Source: Octopus vulgaris (taxonomy: Eukaryota). From it: a stretch of DNA of 64,000 bases. The notes beneath the pieces were generated by a model. That model worked only from the letters and a program-made list of their open reading frames with translations, ran no database searches and had not been told where the DNA came from. The position numbers and the translations under genes were made by a program. Of this stretch, positions 26,635-40,556 are shown one piece after another. Position 1 is the stretch's first letter. The number at the start of each line of letters is the position of its first letter. The stretch covers positions 3,844,001-3,908,000 of the forward strand of contig OX597819.1 in the NCBI GenBank assembly GCA_951406725.2, in the 5' to 3' direction.

Positions 26635-28720
26635 TAGTTGTAATTTACAGAAAACATAAGACGAAGACAGGTGTGTAAACAACAAACATGTGAATAATCT
26701 AACGCTCGCGTAGTTGAGAAAGTCCTTTATGTTTTGAGCCTACGTTCTTCAACAGAAAAGAACACGATGAAATAAACAGAGAAAATAAAAAAAAAACCCA
26801 TTGGAGCTAACGGTCAATCATGGCGGCTAGCTGGACAAAGGTAGTTAGACAGGATAGCTAGGAAGAAGGGGAGATAATAAAGTATTGTTGATACCAAAAT
26901 GAAGGTGCGACCGCCACTTTTTAGGGGATCTGTGAATAGAGCTATCTAAATTGTTAGATAAATGAGTGTTATCTAACCTTTTGTGTAGGGTGTGTGATAA
27001 GCGAGGCCTGTTATTGTTAGTTGTTTTATTTGTTTTAGTATTTGACCTATTGTTAAAAGAATGTGTGTGGGGTCTACATTGTCTGGATGCAGCGGCTTCC
27101 ATGGTCTCATCAACTGTGTGTGTTTGGTTGCGGTTGTGGTGGTTATTACGTGTGATTTGAGATATGTATTATTTGAGCCAGGTGTTCTAGATGTATTCTA
27201 TATGTTGGGAGAAGCGCGAGCAGCGAGTGCTTGATTATAATATGGTGCGTGATTATTGAAGATTTCTTCAGTGGAAGAGAGGTCAGATATGCGGGTTGAG
27301 ATTCCTTTGATTATATTATTAAAAGTGGATTTGTAGCGATTGGAATGGATGTTAAGGTATTTAAGGTACTGGTTAGATTTGTGGTAAGAGGAGTATTGGG
27401 ATGTTGATAAGTTTAGGGTTGCGTCCAGAAAGTTAGCAATTTTGAGGGTGTTTTCGAATGTTGTAGACAGGTTTAGGTTAGAAAAGAATTTATGTAGGTC
27501 CTTTCTAGTTCTTTCTAATGAGGATTTTATTTATGCTTTTAGTAATTAATAAAGCGTCGTCCCTATATAGGCTTCCCTTGATATTACGGAAGTGCCTGTG
27601 GAGCTGGTGTAGTATATAAAGCCCAACTAAGTCAGTGACCTGAGCTGAATCCGAGGATCCCATGGTTATATTTAATAGGTTGCTACGGTTGATGCTATAG
27701 TTATTGGCCCGGTACCCTATTTTGCTATCAAAAGAAATAAGGGTATTGCGGGTGTTAAGTATAATGTTAATTTCAAGTAGGGTTAGGTTAGTAAAGTTCC
27801 TAGCAAAGAGAAGAGCTTGATTAAGTGATTTAGGAGAAATAGAAGAGTAATAGTTGTTAATATCAAATTGTAAGAATGAATATGCGTTTTTGTTATTTAT
27901 AAGATGGAACCATACAATCACTTCACCAGTGTGGGACCAGAGGTTAACGTTTAATTTTTCTTTAACGATAGGTACTACTCTGTCCAGAATGCTTTTGCTT
28001 ACCCTTCCTAGGTCGGATTTGGTGGGGCATATTAAACGTATGGAAGATTTGGTGATAAAGTGTTTCTTGTGATCTTTAAGATTAAAGTGTGGAGATGCAG
28101 GGCAATATGGTTCCGTTCGGTCGTTGAGTTGCAATTTTATCATAAGTTTGCAGTGGTTGTCATTAGTGTCATTCAGGGCCGATGATGGTGTCAGCTTGTA
28201 TGATTTGTTAAGTTCTTTCCTTTTGAATATGTTATAATCCTCGATGGTGATGGGGTACATGTTTCCTGTTTTGTCCGAGAATATGTGTAATTTGGAGAAT
28301 GTAATGATCTGTTTAATAGTGTTAGAAAGCTTATTTTGGAAGGGTGATTTGTATTTAGAGAATTTAATGTTTCTAATTAGATTGATCATATTCGCTTCAA
28401 ATTTTTCTAGATGAGGGTTGTGCAGAGGGTTCTTATAAGACTTGAGGTTATATTTATTGTTATATTTGTCAGTTTTATAATTTGGATGATCGTGGAAAAA
28501 CTCCTTCCGTCGCATTCATCAGATTAGGTCCTTGGTCTTGGAGAGGAGGAGTAAGAGGAAAGTCGTTTGTGAAGGAATAGATGTGTCCTTAAGAGAGATG
28601 CGAAGGAATTGTTTATCCATTACTGAAGCTTTACCTGGGATAAGTGCTTATATTAGCGAGAGGTTGAGGTTATAAGAGATAATGGTGTCATTGAGACCCA
28701 AAGGTGTCAGGTAATGCTGA
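26635..28720 (-). mobile_element. Penelope-like retroelement: RT ORF, frameshifted thumb region and 3' pLTR; no GIY-YIG visible
   Basis: ORF 27505-28515 has SDKTGNMY, LKDHK, RLICPTKSDLGRVSKSILD, FLQFDINNYYSSI, TMGSSDSAQVTDLVGLYIL and LYRDD. It continues in another frame as NFLDATLNLST...YLNIHSN...RISDLSS. pLTR at 26635-26830. Confidence 0.92.
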
Positions 28721-28774
28721 ATAAGTGCTATAGACAGACCATAATTAAGTTCCAGATTCGGTAATATTGCGAAT

Positions 28775-28845
28775 ATACATATACATATATATATATATAA
28801 ATACATATATATATGTATGTATGACTGTATTTATATATATATATG

Positions 28846-28893
<48 letters not shown>

Positions 28894-29051
28894 CATATAT
28901 ATATATTATGTATATATATGTAAAGATATATGTATATATATATATTTATATATGTATATATACATATATATTCATGTATATATATGTATATGTATATATA
29001 TAGATGTATATGTATATGTATATATAAATACATCTCTCTCTCTCTCTCTCT

Positions 29052-29113
<62 letters not shown>

Positions 29114-29401
29114 CACATATATATATATATATATATATGTATACGTATACATATGTATGTATATACATGCATATATGTCTAGGTAAACATATGTATTTAT
29201 ACATATGTATATATATATATATACTTATGTATATATATAGATATACATATATGTATATATATATGTATATATGTATATATATATATATTTACATATATAT
29301 ACGTACATATATACATATATATACATACATTCATATATACATGTGTATATATGTATATATCTATTTATATATATATGTATTGATTTATATATGTATGTAT
29401 A

Positions 29402-29432
<31 letters not shown>

Positions 29433-29443
29433 ATATATATGTT

Positions 29444-29476
<33 letters not shown>

Positions 29477-29660
29477 CTGTGTATGTGTTTGTAAAGTCGG
29501 ATGCGAGGCTTCAATTATTCCATATATGAAAAATGCATTAAATACTACAAAACGTACATGTTTACGTTTTGTTATATATTCAATGCATTTTCATTTATAT
29601 ATATACATGTATAAATATGCATGCATACACACACACACATGTATATATATATATATAAGA
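28775..29660. repeat. Long (TA)n/(TATG)n/(TG)n compound microsatellite
   Basis: Seen directly. Confidence 0.95.
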
Positions 29661-29827
29661 TTATATTAGCACTAATACCCATAAAAACCCTATGATGACC
29701 GAATATAACATTGTGTTATTATTGAACTGGGCATTGGCGAAATAAAAACTATATAGGTGTGTGTGTGTGTGTGTGCTTGTGTGTGTGTGTGCGTGCTTGT
29801 GTGTGTGAGTGTGCTTGTGTGTGTGCT

Positions 29828-29858
<31 letters not shown>

Positions 29859-31379
29859 GTGTAAACGAGACAGCTGAAAATTTGCCTGTTATATATTATT
29901 TAGTTTCAACACTTAACCACATTCTGAAATATCACGAATGCAGTTAGTTATTTGTAAAATTATATAAGCTGTGAGTAAATAAAGAGCTTGTGATATCGTT
30001 TTATGTTGAAAGGGGACGAAGGAATTTAAAGAAATTAAAAGTAATTTGATGTGAATTAGAATTTTTCCTGTTTTAACATATATTATTGAACTTCAATATT
30101 TGTTTTGATTTTGATTGGTTCTATTGACGGTAATAAAGTATTATTGTCAGGTACTCCAGATTTCGTTTATAGAAATGTAAACGGAAGCTGTGTTGTCCTC
30201 GCCCTTCCTCTATTACTACCAAAATACATTAAAAAAAAATCAAAATGTCGAATGAAAATTGATTACATATATGTTGTAGCAACTTTATAGTTAAATCGAC
30301 TCCTCCAATAAACCCATGTCGAATAAATTATACATTTGATCTTAGTCTGTTTTCATCGCAGAAATGAAATATAATAATGTATTTTGGGAAGCGGTTAAAA
30401 TTTTACTCCTGCTCTTAATTCTTTAGAAATGTGACATTATAAGCGTTTATTTAAAAAAAGTATGAAGCTTGAGAACTGGTGAGTATTTGGAAGTTTTCTA
30501 ATTTCGGAGACTACGTAGTTGGGATTTTTCCAATCAGTAATTAAGAAATGCCCATGATTGCGCTGAGAAAATTGTAAGATGTTCACCAGAACTCGACACA
30601 GATTTTCGTTAAGCGCTAGATTTTGTAAGCACTCAAATATAAACTGCTGAAAATGAATTGTTAACTGCCTTTGAGCTCTATCTAGAATATTCGTTTAAAT
30701 CATTCTATCAGAAAAAAAGTTACCATGTATACAGACTAAATTATATATATTAGCACCTTGAGAATGAACTGACAACAAAACGGTTGTACTCAAAGACCAT
30801 ATTCTACTCAAATATGAATTGGAAGCAGCTCGGGGTATCTAAAAACAAAGTCAAACATACATTTACAAGGTGTGTGTATTTTTAGATCATGGATCGGCAG
30901 CGAGTCGGCTGCGTTTTAGGCGTAAGAGAATATCTTTTCAATACGCCTGATGTTGAAAACACCTGAAAGTAAGTCATAGGAAAGCGAGAGAGAAGTGAAC
31001 CACGAACTAACAACACACAAAGTTTTCCATTAGTTCTCACTGTTGAGTTAAAGTTCTATAAAGGTGGGTCTTCTCCTGCGAGAGCGATATTCTTCAATAA
31101 TATGAGGGAGTTAAGAAAGACATCTAACTCCTACATGAGAAATAACATAATCCCATTCTAATCTCTTTTGCGAAAAGATATTCTGATTTCTTTTGTAGAA
31201 TAATTTAATAATACTGTGTGTAACGGTGATGGCTCTTTTATTATTGTCTCTATTAAAAGATCCCAGACAGTAAAAGTACTTATCTAATAGGCTGCTCAGT
31301 GGGCTTGAACCAAGGTCCTCATGCACTTAATGATTATATAACATAACACACACAAGCGTCAAATGATGTCTCTTCGATT

Positions 31380-31560
31380 CTATCTACAATATTATTTGTA
31401 CACTATTTTTACCTATCTAGGATATTATTTGTACACTATTTTTTTACCTATCTACAATATTATTTGTACACTATTTTTTACCTATCTAGGATATTATTTG
31501 TACACTATTTTTTACCTATCTAGGATATTATTTGTACACTATTTTACACTATTTATTTTG
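31380..31560 (+). repeat. About 34-bp minisatellite, roughly 5 units
   Basis: Unit tatcta(ca/gg)atattatttgtacactatttt(t)nacc repeated in tandem. Confidence 0.9.
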
Positions 31561-32044
31561 CAATAAACTTATGCCTTGTCAGATTTTTGAAGACATGCAT
31601 TTTAATATATTCTGAATACTTTTTCCATTATATTTATCTGGTAATAAAGCAAGCAGAAGAGAAGTACAAGCTCAATATTGGAATTTTAGTAAGGCATAAA
31701 TCCTCACATAAGATTTGGTTTCCAATAATATTTGAGAGCAGAAAATGCTGCTCTTCATTCTTGCCCAAATTTATCCATCTATATTTCATCTACTCCTGAC
31801 CTAGACCCAAACGCAAAAGCTGCACTAATTCCGTAAAAGGTACCAACTCCTCGAAAGCCTCTTTCAATAGGGGTATGACAGTCTCGTCCCTTTAAACTGG
31901 AAATACAAATACTGTTCATAATAAGAAACTATCATCGAAGCACATCTTCCTTAATCATGAATAATATACAATCCTCGGAAACACTTCAAATGTTGGGTTA
32001 TTCTAGCACAGACGATGTCACTTGGTAAACGACCATTTTTAACA

Positions 32045-32200
32045 TAGAATTAATTACATTATTTACATTCGACGGATATTTATCCTTATCTTGTTTGTTC
32101 TGAACACAACGTTTCGGCTGATATACCCTCCAGCCTTCTTCAGGTGTCTTGGGGAAATTTCGAACCTGGGTAATTATTCGTAAGGTATTTTTCGATGTTG
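32045..32200 (-). mobile_element. Penelope-like pLTR solo fragment beside (ATT)n
   Basis: Short repeat-like block carrying the hammerhead listed next, abutting (GTT)n/(ATT)n at 32195-32271. Confidence 0.7.
32103..32148 (-). ncRNA. Minimal type I hammerhead ribozyme (Penelope type) with intact core
   Basis: gacac-CUGAAGA-a-GGCUG-gaggguauau-CAGCC-GAAAC-GUU|guguu. 5-bp stem I, 5-bp stem II, canonical CUGANGA/GAAA, loopless palindromic stem III (AACGUU). Predicted cleavage between 32108 and 32107. Confidence 0.8.
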
Positions 32201-32209
32201 TTGTTGTTC

Positions 32210-32273
<64 letters not shown>

Positions 32274-32533
32274 AATTTGAACAGAAAAGACATTATTTTG
32301 GTTTCTGATGTATGAATACATCTAGCTTGTGAGTTTTAAAAAATTAATGATGTCTTTGGTCTATTATATTTTTGTATCATTAAATGCTAGAGCTGTCCTT
32401 GAGTTTGAATTATCAACACTCACTCAAAACAACTTCTAAGAAAATGTATTAAGAAGTGTAATAAACATGTTTAGATCAATACAAGATTGAAAGGAATTCG
32501 TATCTGAGAAAAATTTTGTTAACATATATATAC

Positions 32534-32687
32534 CTGCAAAATGCTCTGATAGCTTCAACGTCAATTCCAGTTAATAGTTTGTGATCATTATTTTCAACAT
32601 TATTCAATTGTATTGTATAATCTGCTAAACATTCGGTTGTTTTCTGGGTAAAATCTTTGGGACACTGCAACGCTCCAGTTAGCGTAA
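32534..32687 (-). CDS. Internal coding exon (154 nt, phase 1 in, phase 2 out) of a secreted Cys-rich protein
   Basis: Acceptor ttttttatttcag, donor gtatat. Open frame (F)TLTGALQCPKDFTQKTTECLADYTIQLNNVENNDHKLLTGIDVEAIRAFC(S/R) with C-x10-C-x30-C spacing. Non-repetitive, protein-like composition. Confidence 0.8.
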
Positions 32688-32806
32688 CTGAAATAAAAAA
32701 AATAAATAGATAAATAAATAAATATATAAATAATAAGAATGAGAATGATGATGATGATGATGATGATGATAATGATGATGATGTGGTGGTGATGATGATG
32801 ATGATG

Positions 32807-33060
32807 AAATCTATAAAACCTGTGCCTGTGACAGTTGGTATGATGGGGACTGTGAGTAATGATACAGACAAGTGGATGAAAGAGATTGGAATGGATTGCC
32901 TGCCCAAGAGAATTTCTACAGAAAGTTTGCCTCTTTGGGACAAAAAAAATATCTTCAGAAGTATTTTGAGCATTTGAAGGATTATTGAAATCATGTGGAT
33001 ATCTAAGTTCAGAATGTGTTATCCCTAAACGAAGGTCCTTTATTTGTTAGCCACTAGGAA
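32807..33060 (+). mobile_element. R4/Dong LINE extreme 3' fragment
   Basis: KSIKPVPVTVGMMGTVSNDTDKWMKEIG resembles the C-terminus of the 7608 ORF. Follows a (GAT)n tract. Confidence 0.65.
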
Positions 33061-34301
33061 ATCAAAGGGGTATACATTGATGAAAAACATTATTTGCGAT
33101 TTAAGTTACATTTGTTGTTGTTGTTATTGTTGATACTACTGTTGTTGTAGTTATTATTTTGCTTCAGATCGGCCTTATCTGAAGTACGGGCGAACGATCG
33201 TTACTTATAGAAATATTAATCTGCTACTAAACCTTTCAACAGAAATCCCAACATGCAATTGAATATGGAAGAGAAATTAAAGATTTCTGGTGTTTCATAG
33301 AGTATTCCAGTGAAAGTATCTGTTACCTTGATGTTGATGGTTTTAACTATGGTGAATACTTTGGTTGATGGAAACGAGATAATTGCTATCAGATGAAATA
33401 TGTGACAAAAATGTTTATTGAAAAATATTTTCATACTCAAACTCACAAAAACACGGACTCACAGTTCCACGCATGCTTTATAGAATAGAGAAGTGCACGA
33501 TCTATAGTTTTCTATATTTCCATCTCTGTTAGCTTTAATCCTTTAATTAATTTTAGCATCCATTTGGAGCTTTTTTGCGTTTCTTGTTATTGCATTCGTT
33601 GTCATGCGCCTCATTTATATTCTACAGGTTAACTTGCAGTAAAATTGTGTGTACTGAGAATATAGACAGTATAACCTCTGCCATGATTCTCAAGAATGTT
33701 TTTTTCCTGGAGTTTAACACTTTCCTAACAAAGGTATGCGAGAAATGTTTTCGATATTTCCATTCGTGTGAAAGCTAGAACGATGACTATATTGCTTTAA
33801 ATCTAACTTGGATTAATATTCTACCTTATTTAATAGCATAACTTGGTCACCTTTTCACCATCACCTTTCAAGATTGCTCCTCCTTATGTTGTTCAGTTTT
33901 ACATCATTTAACTGATGACTTTCTTCCCTGTGACTTAAGATTCATAGTATTTTGCGTGTGTTGTAATAAATTTTCGAAACACTTAAATAACATTTGTATT
34001 GCAGAAAAATACTTAAGACTGGGGTTTTGAAATATTTTTTATAAGGATTGTTTATTCTAATTATTGTATTCAATGCACCTTTATGCATACATGTACTCAA
34101 TCATTAAAGATCTAAAGATCTCGTAGGTGGCAGAAATGTATCTGTAGTCTTATTATTCTTAGAAAAATTGGTTTTATTGGTTTTATATATTTAAACAGTT
34201 ATATTATTGACTGCTTACTATATATAATAACAAAATAGTAAGTAGAGAAAGATGAAACGGCATTCCCATAGTTTTTATCAACTGCAAATTTTCAAAAACT
34301 A

Positions 34302-35542
34302 TGAGGTGGTATGAAACCGTTTCACGGGCTACTTTTGTTTAATAAAAACAAACTTATTTACACGTTTTTTAACATCATCTTCTTCGAAATAGTGAGCTTT
34401 TGGAATCCGGCGTGGAAGTTGTTTTCCGTAAAGCGAGTCGAGGACATTCTGCGATGCGCTCTGGATGTCGGCAACAGTATTAAAACGGCGACCTTTGAGC
34501 GGCATTTTCATCTTGGAGAAGAGATGAAAGTCCGCAGATGCTAAACCTGGTGAATAGAGTGGGTGCAGAAGCGATACCATACTGTTTTGGCGCGAAACTT
34601 ACGAGTGAGGAGTGCTCGGCGACGACGCATTAACATCGAGAAGTACCCAATTCTTCGCGCTCCACAGATCCGGTCGCCGAATGACATCTCTCAAACGCTT
34701 CAAAATGTTGCAGTAGAACTCTTGGTAGGCGGTCTTGCCTTGGGGGACGAATTCTCGATCCACAATACCACAGATGTCGCACAAAAGAAATAAATGAGGA
34801 AAATGCTCTTGATTGAGCTGCGACTCTGTCGTGCCTTCCTTGGTCGTGAAGGTCTCTTCCATTGCGACGACTGCTGCTTCTTCTCAGAGTCGTACCCATG
34901 GACCCAACTCTCGTCACTGGTGATGATCCTCGACATGAAGGATGGGTCATCAGCAGCACACTGACGGAGATGTTGACAGATCTTAACAGACGCAATGTTC
35001 TTTCTGCTCAATGGTCGCAAGAGGAGGACAACTTGGCTGAGACATGCCGCATCTTTAATTCAGATGTTAGGATTGCCTGCAGGGGTCCATATGACAGACC
35101 AACAACATCAACAATGTCGTTAATGTCGACGATCCTCATGCACAACTCGATGAATTTCCTTCACATTTCCGGGGCGACACCCGTGGTAGGTCTTCCAGAT
35201 CACTCATCGTCTTCCGGGGACGTCCTTTCGCTTTCGAAGCGCCTGCACCACTCAAAACATTGCGTACGACCCATTGCTTCGTCGCCGTAAGCTTGCCGAA
35301 GCTTGCTTAATGTCTCCGTAACAAACTTCCCAAGTTTAACGCAAATCCATGATAAAATCGCAACCTACATCAGACACGTGATCACAAAAACACAAATTTC
35401 ACAACTTCCGAAATAAACATAGCGATACCACTCGGTATACTGCCTCATGAGTCACTGCTAGCTCTCACTGCACACACTATCGTGTACGGCCATCTGTTGG
35501 CGCGCTACAGAACTAGTCCGGGAACATTTTGATACCATCTCA
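34302..35542 (-). mobile_element. Full-length but decayed mariner transposon with TIRs and TA TSDs
   Basis: Ends ta|tgaggtggtatgaaaccgtttcacgggcta and tagtccgggaacattttgataccatctca|ta. Broken frames give RIITSDESWVHGYDSEKKQQSSQWK, GIVDREFVPQGKT...FYCNILKRL, HPLYSPGLASADFHLF. Confidence 0.95.
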
Positions 35543-36912
35543 TATAATTGTCGCTTGCCTCGTCAAGATGTATCAATTCAGTTGTCAGCTTCAACATACC
35601 TTTACATCTTTACTGCCTCCTTATAATGTTTGCACTCTTGTATTTCTCTTGTTATCTTTTTATAACAGCACTTTTTGTCATGATGAGTCAATATACTTTA
35701 TGCGTGAATAACGCCCAGAGAGAAGAATCCGCCACTCAGTACAGATTTTTCATATGACGCTTTTTCAGAGAATCAAACGTTTTTATATCGTTTCAGATCA
35801 ATTATATAACATTTGAAGAAGCTATTGATATCAATGTAGTTGCTTCTTGTTGTGCTATTAATTAAAGGCGACTGCTATCAATTCATCAATGTAAGTTAAT
35901 TAACTCATTTCTATATCGATTTGGGTCGTTCCCACCCCGCTGAAAAATGTTATTTTACCCTCATAAAAAAACTACAACACTATAAAATTTCCAACCACAT
36001 GCCCATTCCTAGCTGCAGCTATTCTGGGTTTTTCTTTTTTTATATAAAAGAATTTTATTTTCTTTCTAGTTTTATTGATTTTTTTGTTTTGTTTTATTTG
36101 TTGAAACTTCGTTATCATATCGTCATTATGTGTCTTATGATGAATCAGAGCGGTTGCTAATTTTGCTGAGTCAACAATCCATAAACGATTTTTTCCTTTG
36201 AGACTCTTATTGATACAGATAATCCATTATTTTTAGCACTTCTCTTACATTCTTTCCGCACCTCTTTTCATCTTAGTTCAGCAGTTTGCTCTCCGTACTG
36301 CTATCACTCAGTCTGCATTATCAAGTTTAAGTGATACAGAAAGAAACGACGGTCCTCCACAGTTTCATCTAAATACCGCGTCGCCTATTTCTGTATACAC
36401 CATCATATACGATCAGTCATTCTCATTTACTGTGACACATTAAAATCATTATTCCTTTCCTATATTTCATACTATTACATAACAATGAAGCCACTTACTG
36501 CTTGCTACTTTTATGTCTAGTCATTTCCGACAGAATATTTTGGTTTAATGTTGTCTGAGAGAAAGACAAAGGAAGCTACTCTGAATGTCGCATTTCAATG
36601 TGATAATCATTATGTTTATATTTTAAGACGACATAATTCCAAAATATTTCTTTTGACAATGTCGCTTTCTCTGTAATTCATTCTCATTACAAAACGAATG
36701 GAGTCATACACAGGTTACAAAATGTCGACTAGCTTTAGATTTTAGACACCTTCCAGAGGGAGTTTTGTCTCCTAATTGCTATTGTATTCTCGGATAATCA
36801 AAATATCTCAGCTTACAGTATTACATATCCTATTGTTGATATTCATAATCAGCACCACTAAATTTTTGTACATAGACAAATATACTCACATTACGCGCGC
36901 GCGCACACACAT

Positions 36913-36998
<86 letters not shown>

Positions 36999-39822
36999 CC
37001 AAATGAGCAAAATATGCTTTATTGAAAAGGGCTTATGGTATCGAAACACTTGTGTCTTCTTTAAACTCACGAATATCCTTCAGTGGGCGCATTTTCATCT
37101 GGGTATACTCCTGGAAGACGCAAAAGTGGACGGTCACATATTCTGTGTTTATCGTTGCTATAAGACAGAAATATCGTCGTTTTCATAAATAGAAAACCAT
37201 GATGTCAAACGACTTTGTCCCTTCCATGGAATATAGTCAAACGAAATCTCGACTACTAAAGGGCTCTCGCTGTTTCAAATAGTTAAAAACCTGATCTATT
37301 CAAATCTGTATTGTTTACACTGCCCCCAAAATGTCGATAAACTGATCTTACAGAACTTATTTCCTTGTCTTAGATTTTGAACATCTCCAGAGAGTTTTTG
37401 TATAATAATTACTTAGATAATCTCGGTTAATCGACATTTTTCAAGCCACTATATTTACATATGGAAGACCCTAACATATTTCTATTGATTGTACGGAATG
37501 CTCCCCTGAGTCATTTTCTTTCAACCAAGTTGTTGATAACAAAAGTAATGGCACGCATCAACAGTGACATCCGGTTGGATGACAGCAAAACTGACAAGAG
37601 ATTTTTAAGAAAACTTTATTTCCAGTTAACAATAGTTTTCTTAAAAAGTTTATACTAACATTGAAGTGGCAATTTCCCGATATCTTTGAGACAATTCTCA
37701 TTCAGAACAAGATCTTACACAATTTTTCTCTTCATTGTAACATTTACTATTTCGTTGTTTTTTTTTTCTTTCTAATGATTTCAGATTATTCACTTTTTGT
37801 TTTACGCTTTTTATAAGTTTTTTTGTGCATATACTGCGTTATGATCTAATAGAATGCTATTTCATTTTCTACTATTTTAACTATTTCTTTTTCATAATAT
37901 ATAGTTTTTATTTAAATATCTCATTTGTATCTAATTTTTTTTTTGTGAAAGTTTAGCATTTCACGTGTGCATTATAAGAGATATAGAGTTGTAGTTACTG
38001 TATGTACCAAACTTATACTTCAATAATTAATTATATGATTTGGGAGTTTCTCATCGAGAAGTGATGGAATCTGTAATGATTTCGAAAATCGGAATTAATA
38101 ATTATTCTGTGAGAACTGAATAATTATGCGCGTGATTTAACTGAAGCTGTCGAAATTATCCTTCTTTCATTGAGAATGTGCAAAATATAATTTTTTTCTG
38201 AATTCATCAACTTTCTAAAGACGCCATGTGGAAATATAACAAATGCATTGTCATGCTGATTAATATTAACATTGTCGAGGAAGTTAATAATGTATGTTTT
38301 TGTCGCTAATTAAAGTTGTTGCTGCCACCTTCTCATAAAATGTAAATGTTGAATAAGAGGGAAAGTGCAACACCTCCGTGTAAAATTGTCAAGAACAACT
38401 GATTTCGTTTACCACATAGAGAAAATGAACAAATATAATCTACGAAGTAGAAGCTTCGTTTACATAATATAAATGAAGACATTGAAGAAATATCAAGGTG
38501 ATTATAATTCGAGAATTCTGTCGTTAATTTCCTCAGAAGCTGTCGTATAGATTAACTCACAAGTTTTAATTCAATATGTATTAAAATTTGCACGAATCTG
38601 AATATTTCATCGAAATCATTGGATAAGAGGAAGGTTAGGAATGTTTCGTGATGTCCTAAAATTAGTTATTAGTCTATATTGCAGAGTAATATTGATTTCT
38701 TACATAAACGAAACAATTCTTATTTATAGAAAATGAATGCGGTTGTGATGTTCTATGTATCTCTCAGTAGGAAGTTAAGCAAGAATACAAGGCTATTATT
38801 GGGAATCGAAACACGGTCATAGATTTAGTTTACATGCAGTTTATCAATACAGCACCCGCTTCATTGAGAAGTTATATTAGTTTCTTCTGTGATTTATGAA
38901 AGGGGAAACTTGTACCTCCTTCATGACTTCTTACTATAATTCCTATAATCGCTACAATAAAACAGGGTGATGGTGGTGAATAGAATCTGAAGGAATTAAA
39001 ATCGGATTTTCTAATGAGCTCTTCTCTTATTCTTCTACTTGTATCAACCAACTAAAGTTGTTCTAGCCTTGATTCTTTATTGCACTTTGATTTTGTGATT
39101 TGCATAACGAAGATGTTTATTCAAATGCTTGATAGTAGAGTTCTTGCTACAGAAGAATTAGGTTAGAATCTGATGATATTAAGACTACACGCTATTTTCT
39201 TGTAGAATAATTGCTAATGAAAAATCTAATATGAACAGTAAAACTACTATAATTCTTTTTTAAAATGTCATTGGAAATGACATATGAAAGCAATAAAAGT
39301 AATCGGTGGTAACCGTATATTATTAGTTGCAATCACCGGCGATTCCAATCCCTAGTGTATTAATGTATTCTTACAATATTTGATCAACCTCAAAATTTCG
39401 ATTAATGTCCTTCCTCTCCGATGCAGAGAATAGCAACGTTCGTCGATTCACTCGAGATAATGAAAGAACGAATCGTTAGTTTCATTTAGGATCTATAAAT
39501 TGAACTATTACGAGACCTCTCATAAAAATAATGTAATTCTGTTAATGTATAGATAGTCAATGCATTAAACTAAATATTGCTTACACTGCCCGAGCGAATT
39601 GAACAAGAGTTGCTAATTTTGAGATATGAAAGTAAAAGAAGCCGAGTCAATCAATCAGAACTTTTTTGTCGGGAAAGTTAACAGAAACATCTAGCAGCAT
39701 GAAATTTGTGTTAAGTGATGTAAAATTAAATCATTTATTCGGTTTGTTCAATTTTGTAACATTGACACGACGGATAGCATGGATAACGCTTTTGGAATTA
39801 AAACAATTTAATTGCTTTATAA

Positions 39823-39941
<119 letters not shown>

Positions 39942-39986
39942 TATAAATATATATATTTATATATATATTATTGTTATTATAATTAT

Positions 39987-40556
39987 ATTAGAAGAAAAAT
40001 CAAAACCAAAGTAGAACGAGTGTCTCAAGTCATTTAGAATAATTTAATTAGGGTAAGGTGATTTTGAAGTCTTATAGCTGTTTCTGGGATAACCCAAGTT
40101 GTTGGTTAGCATGTCTATGCACAGAGTATACCGTCATCAGAGAAAGGGTACGAATATTTTAGACAGGGAAAATTTACAAAGAATGAAATTCACAGTTTAT
40201 AATGAATAAAATAGAAGAATAAAGAGGTAAAATAGAAGAATAAAGACTAAAAGTAGTTAGAAGAATATAGTATACTTTCATGGAAAAAGATGTGTTGTGA
40301 ACATTATTCTCCTGCCTATATTCTTCTAACTACTTTTACCCTTTATTCTTCTATTTTATTCCTTATAAACTGTGAATTTTATTCCTTGTAAACTGTAACT
40401 TTTCCTCGTCTAAAATATTCATACCTTGTCTCTGATGATGGAATACTCTGTGCACACACATGCTAAGCAACCACCTGGGTTATCCCAGAACCCTAATTGA
40501 ATTATTCTAAATGGCTTGAGATACTCGTTCTACCTTGATTTTAATTTTCCTCTAAC
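39987..40556. mobile_element. Inverted pair of Penelope-like pLTRs (arms about 39987-40270 and 40315-40556) with hammerhead motifs
   Basis: Arms are reverse complements. Minus arm: ttct-CUGAUGA-cgguaua...uauccca-GAAAC-agcu-AUA|agac. Plus arm: gtct-CTGATGA-tggaata...tatccca-GAA with stem III deleted. Adjacent to (TA)n at 39825-39970. Confidence 0.82.

Noticed and set aside
31380-31560. CRISPR-like repeat array
   Set aside because: Units are contiguous without unique spacers, the context is eukaryotic and there are no cas genes.
31766-31896. Phase-compatible minus-strand acceptor (atttccag) 640 nt after the Cys exon
   Set aside because: The peptide lacks the expected Cys spacing and ends in a stop after about 40 codons; at most a cryptic exon.
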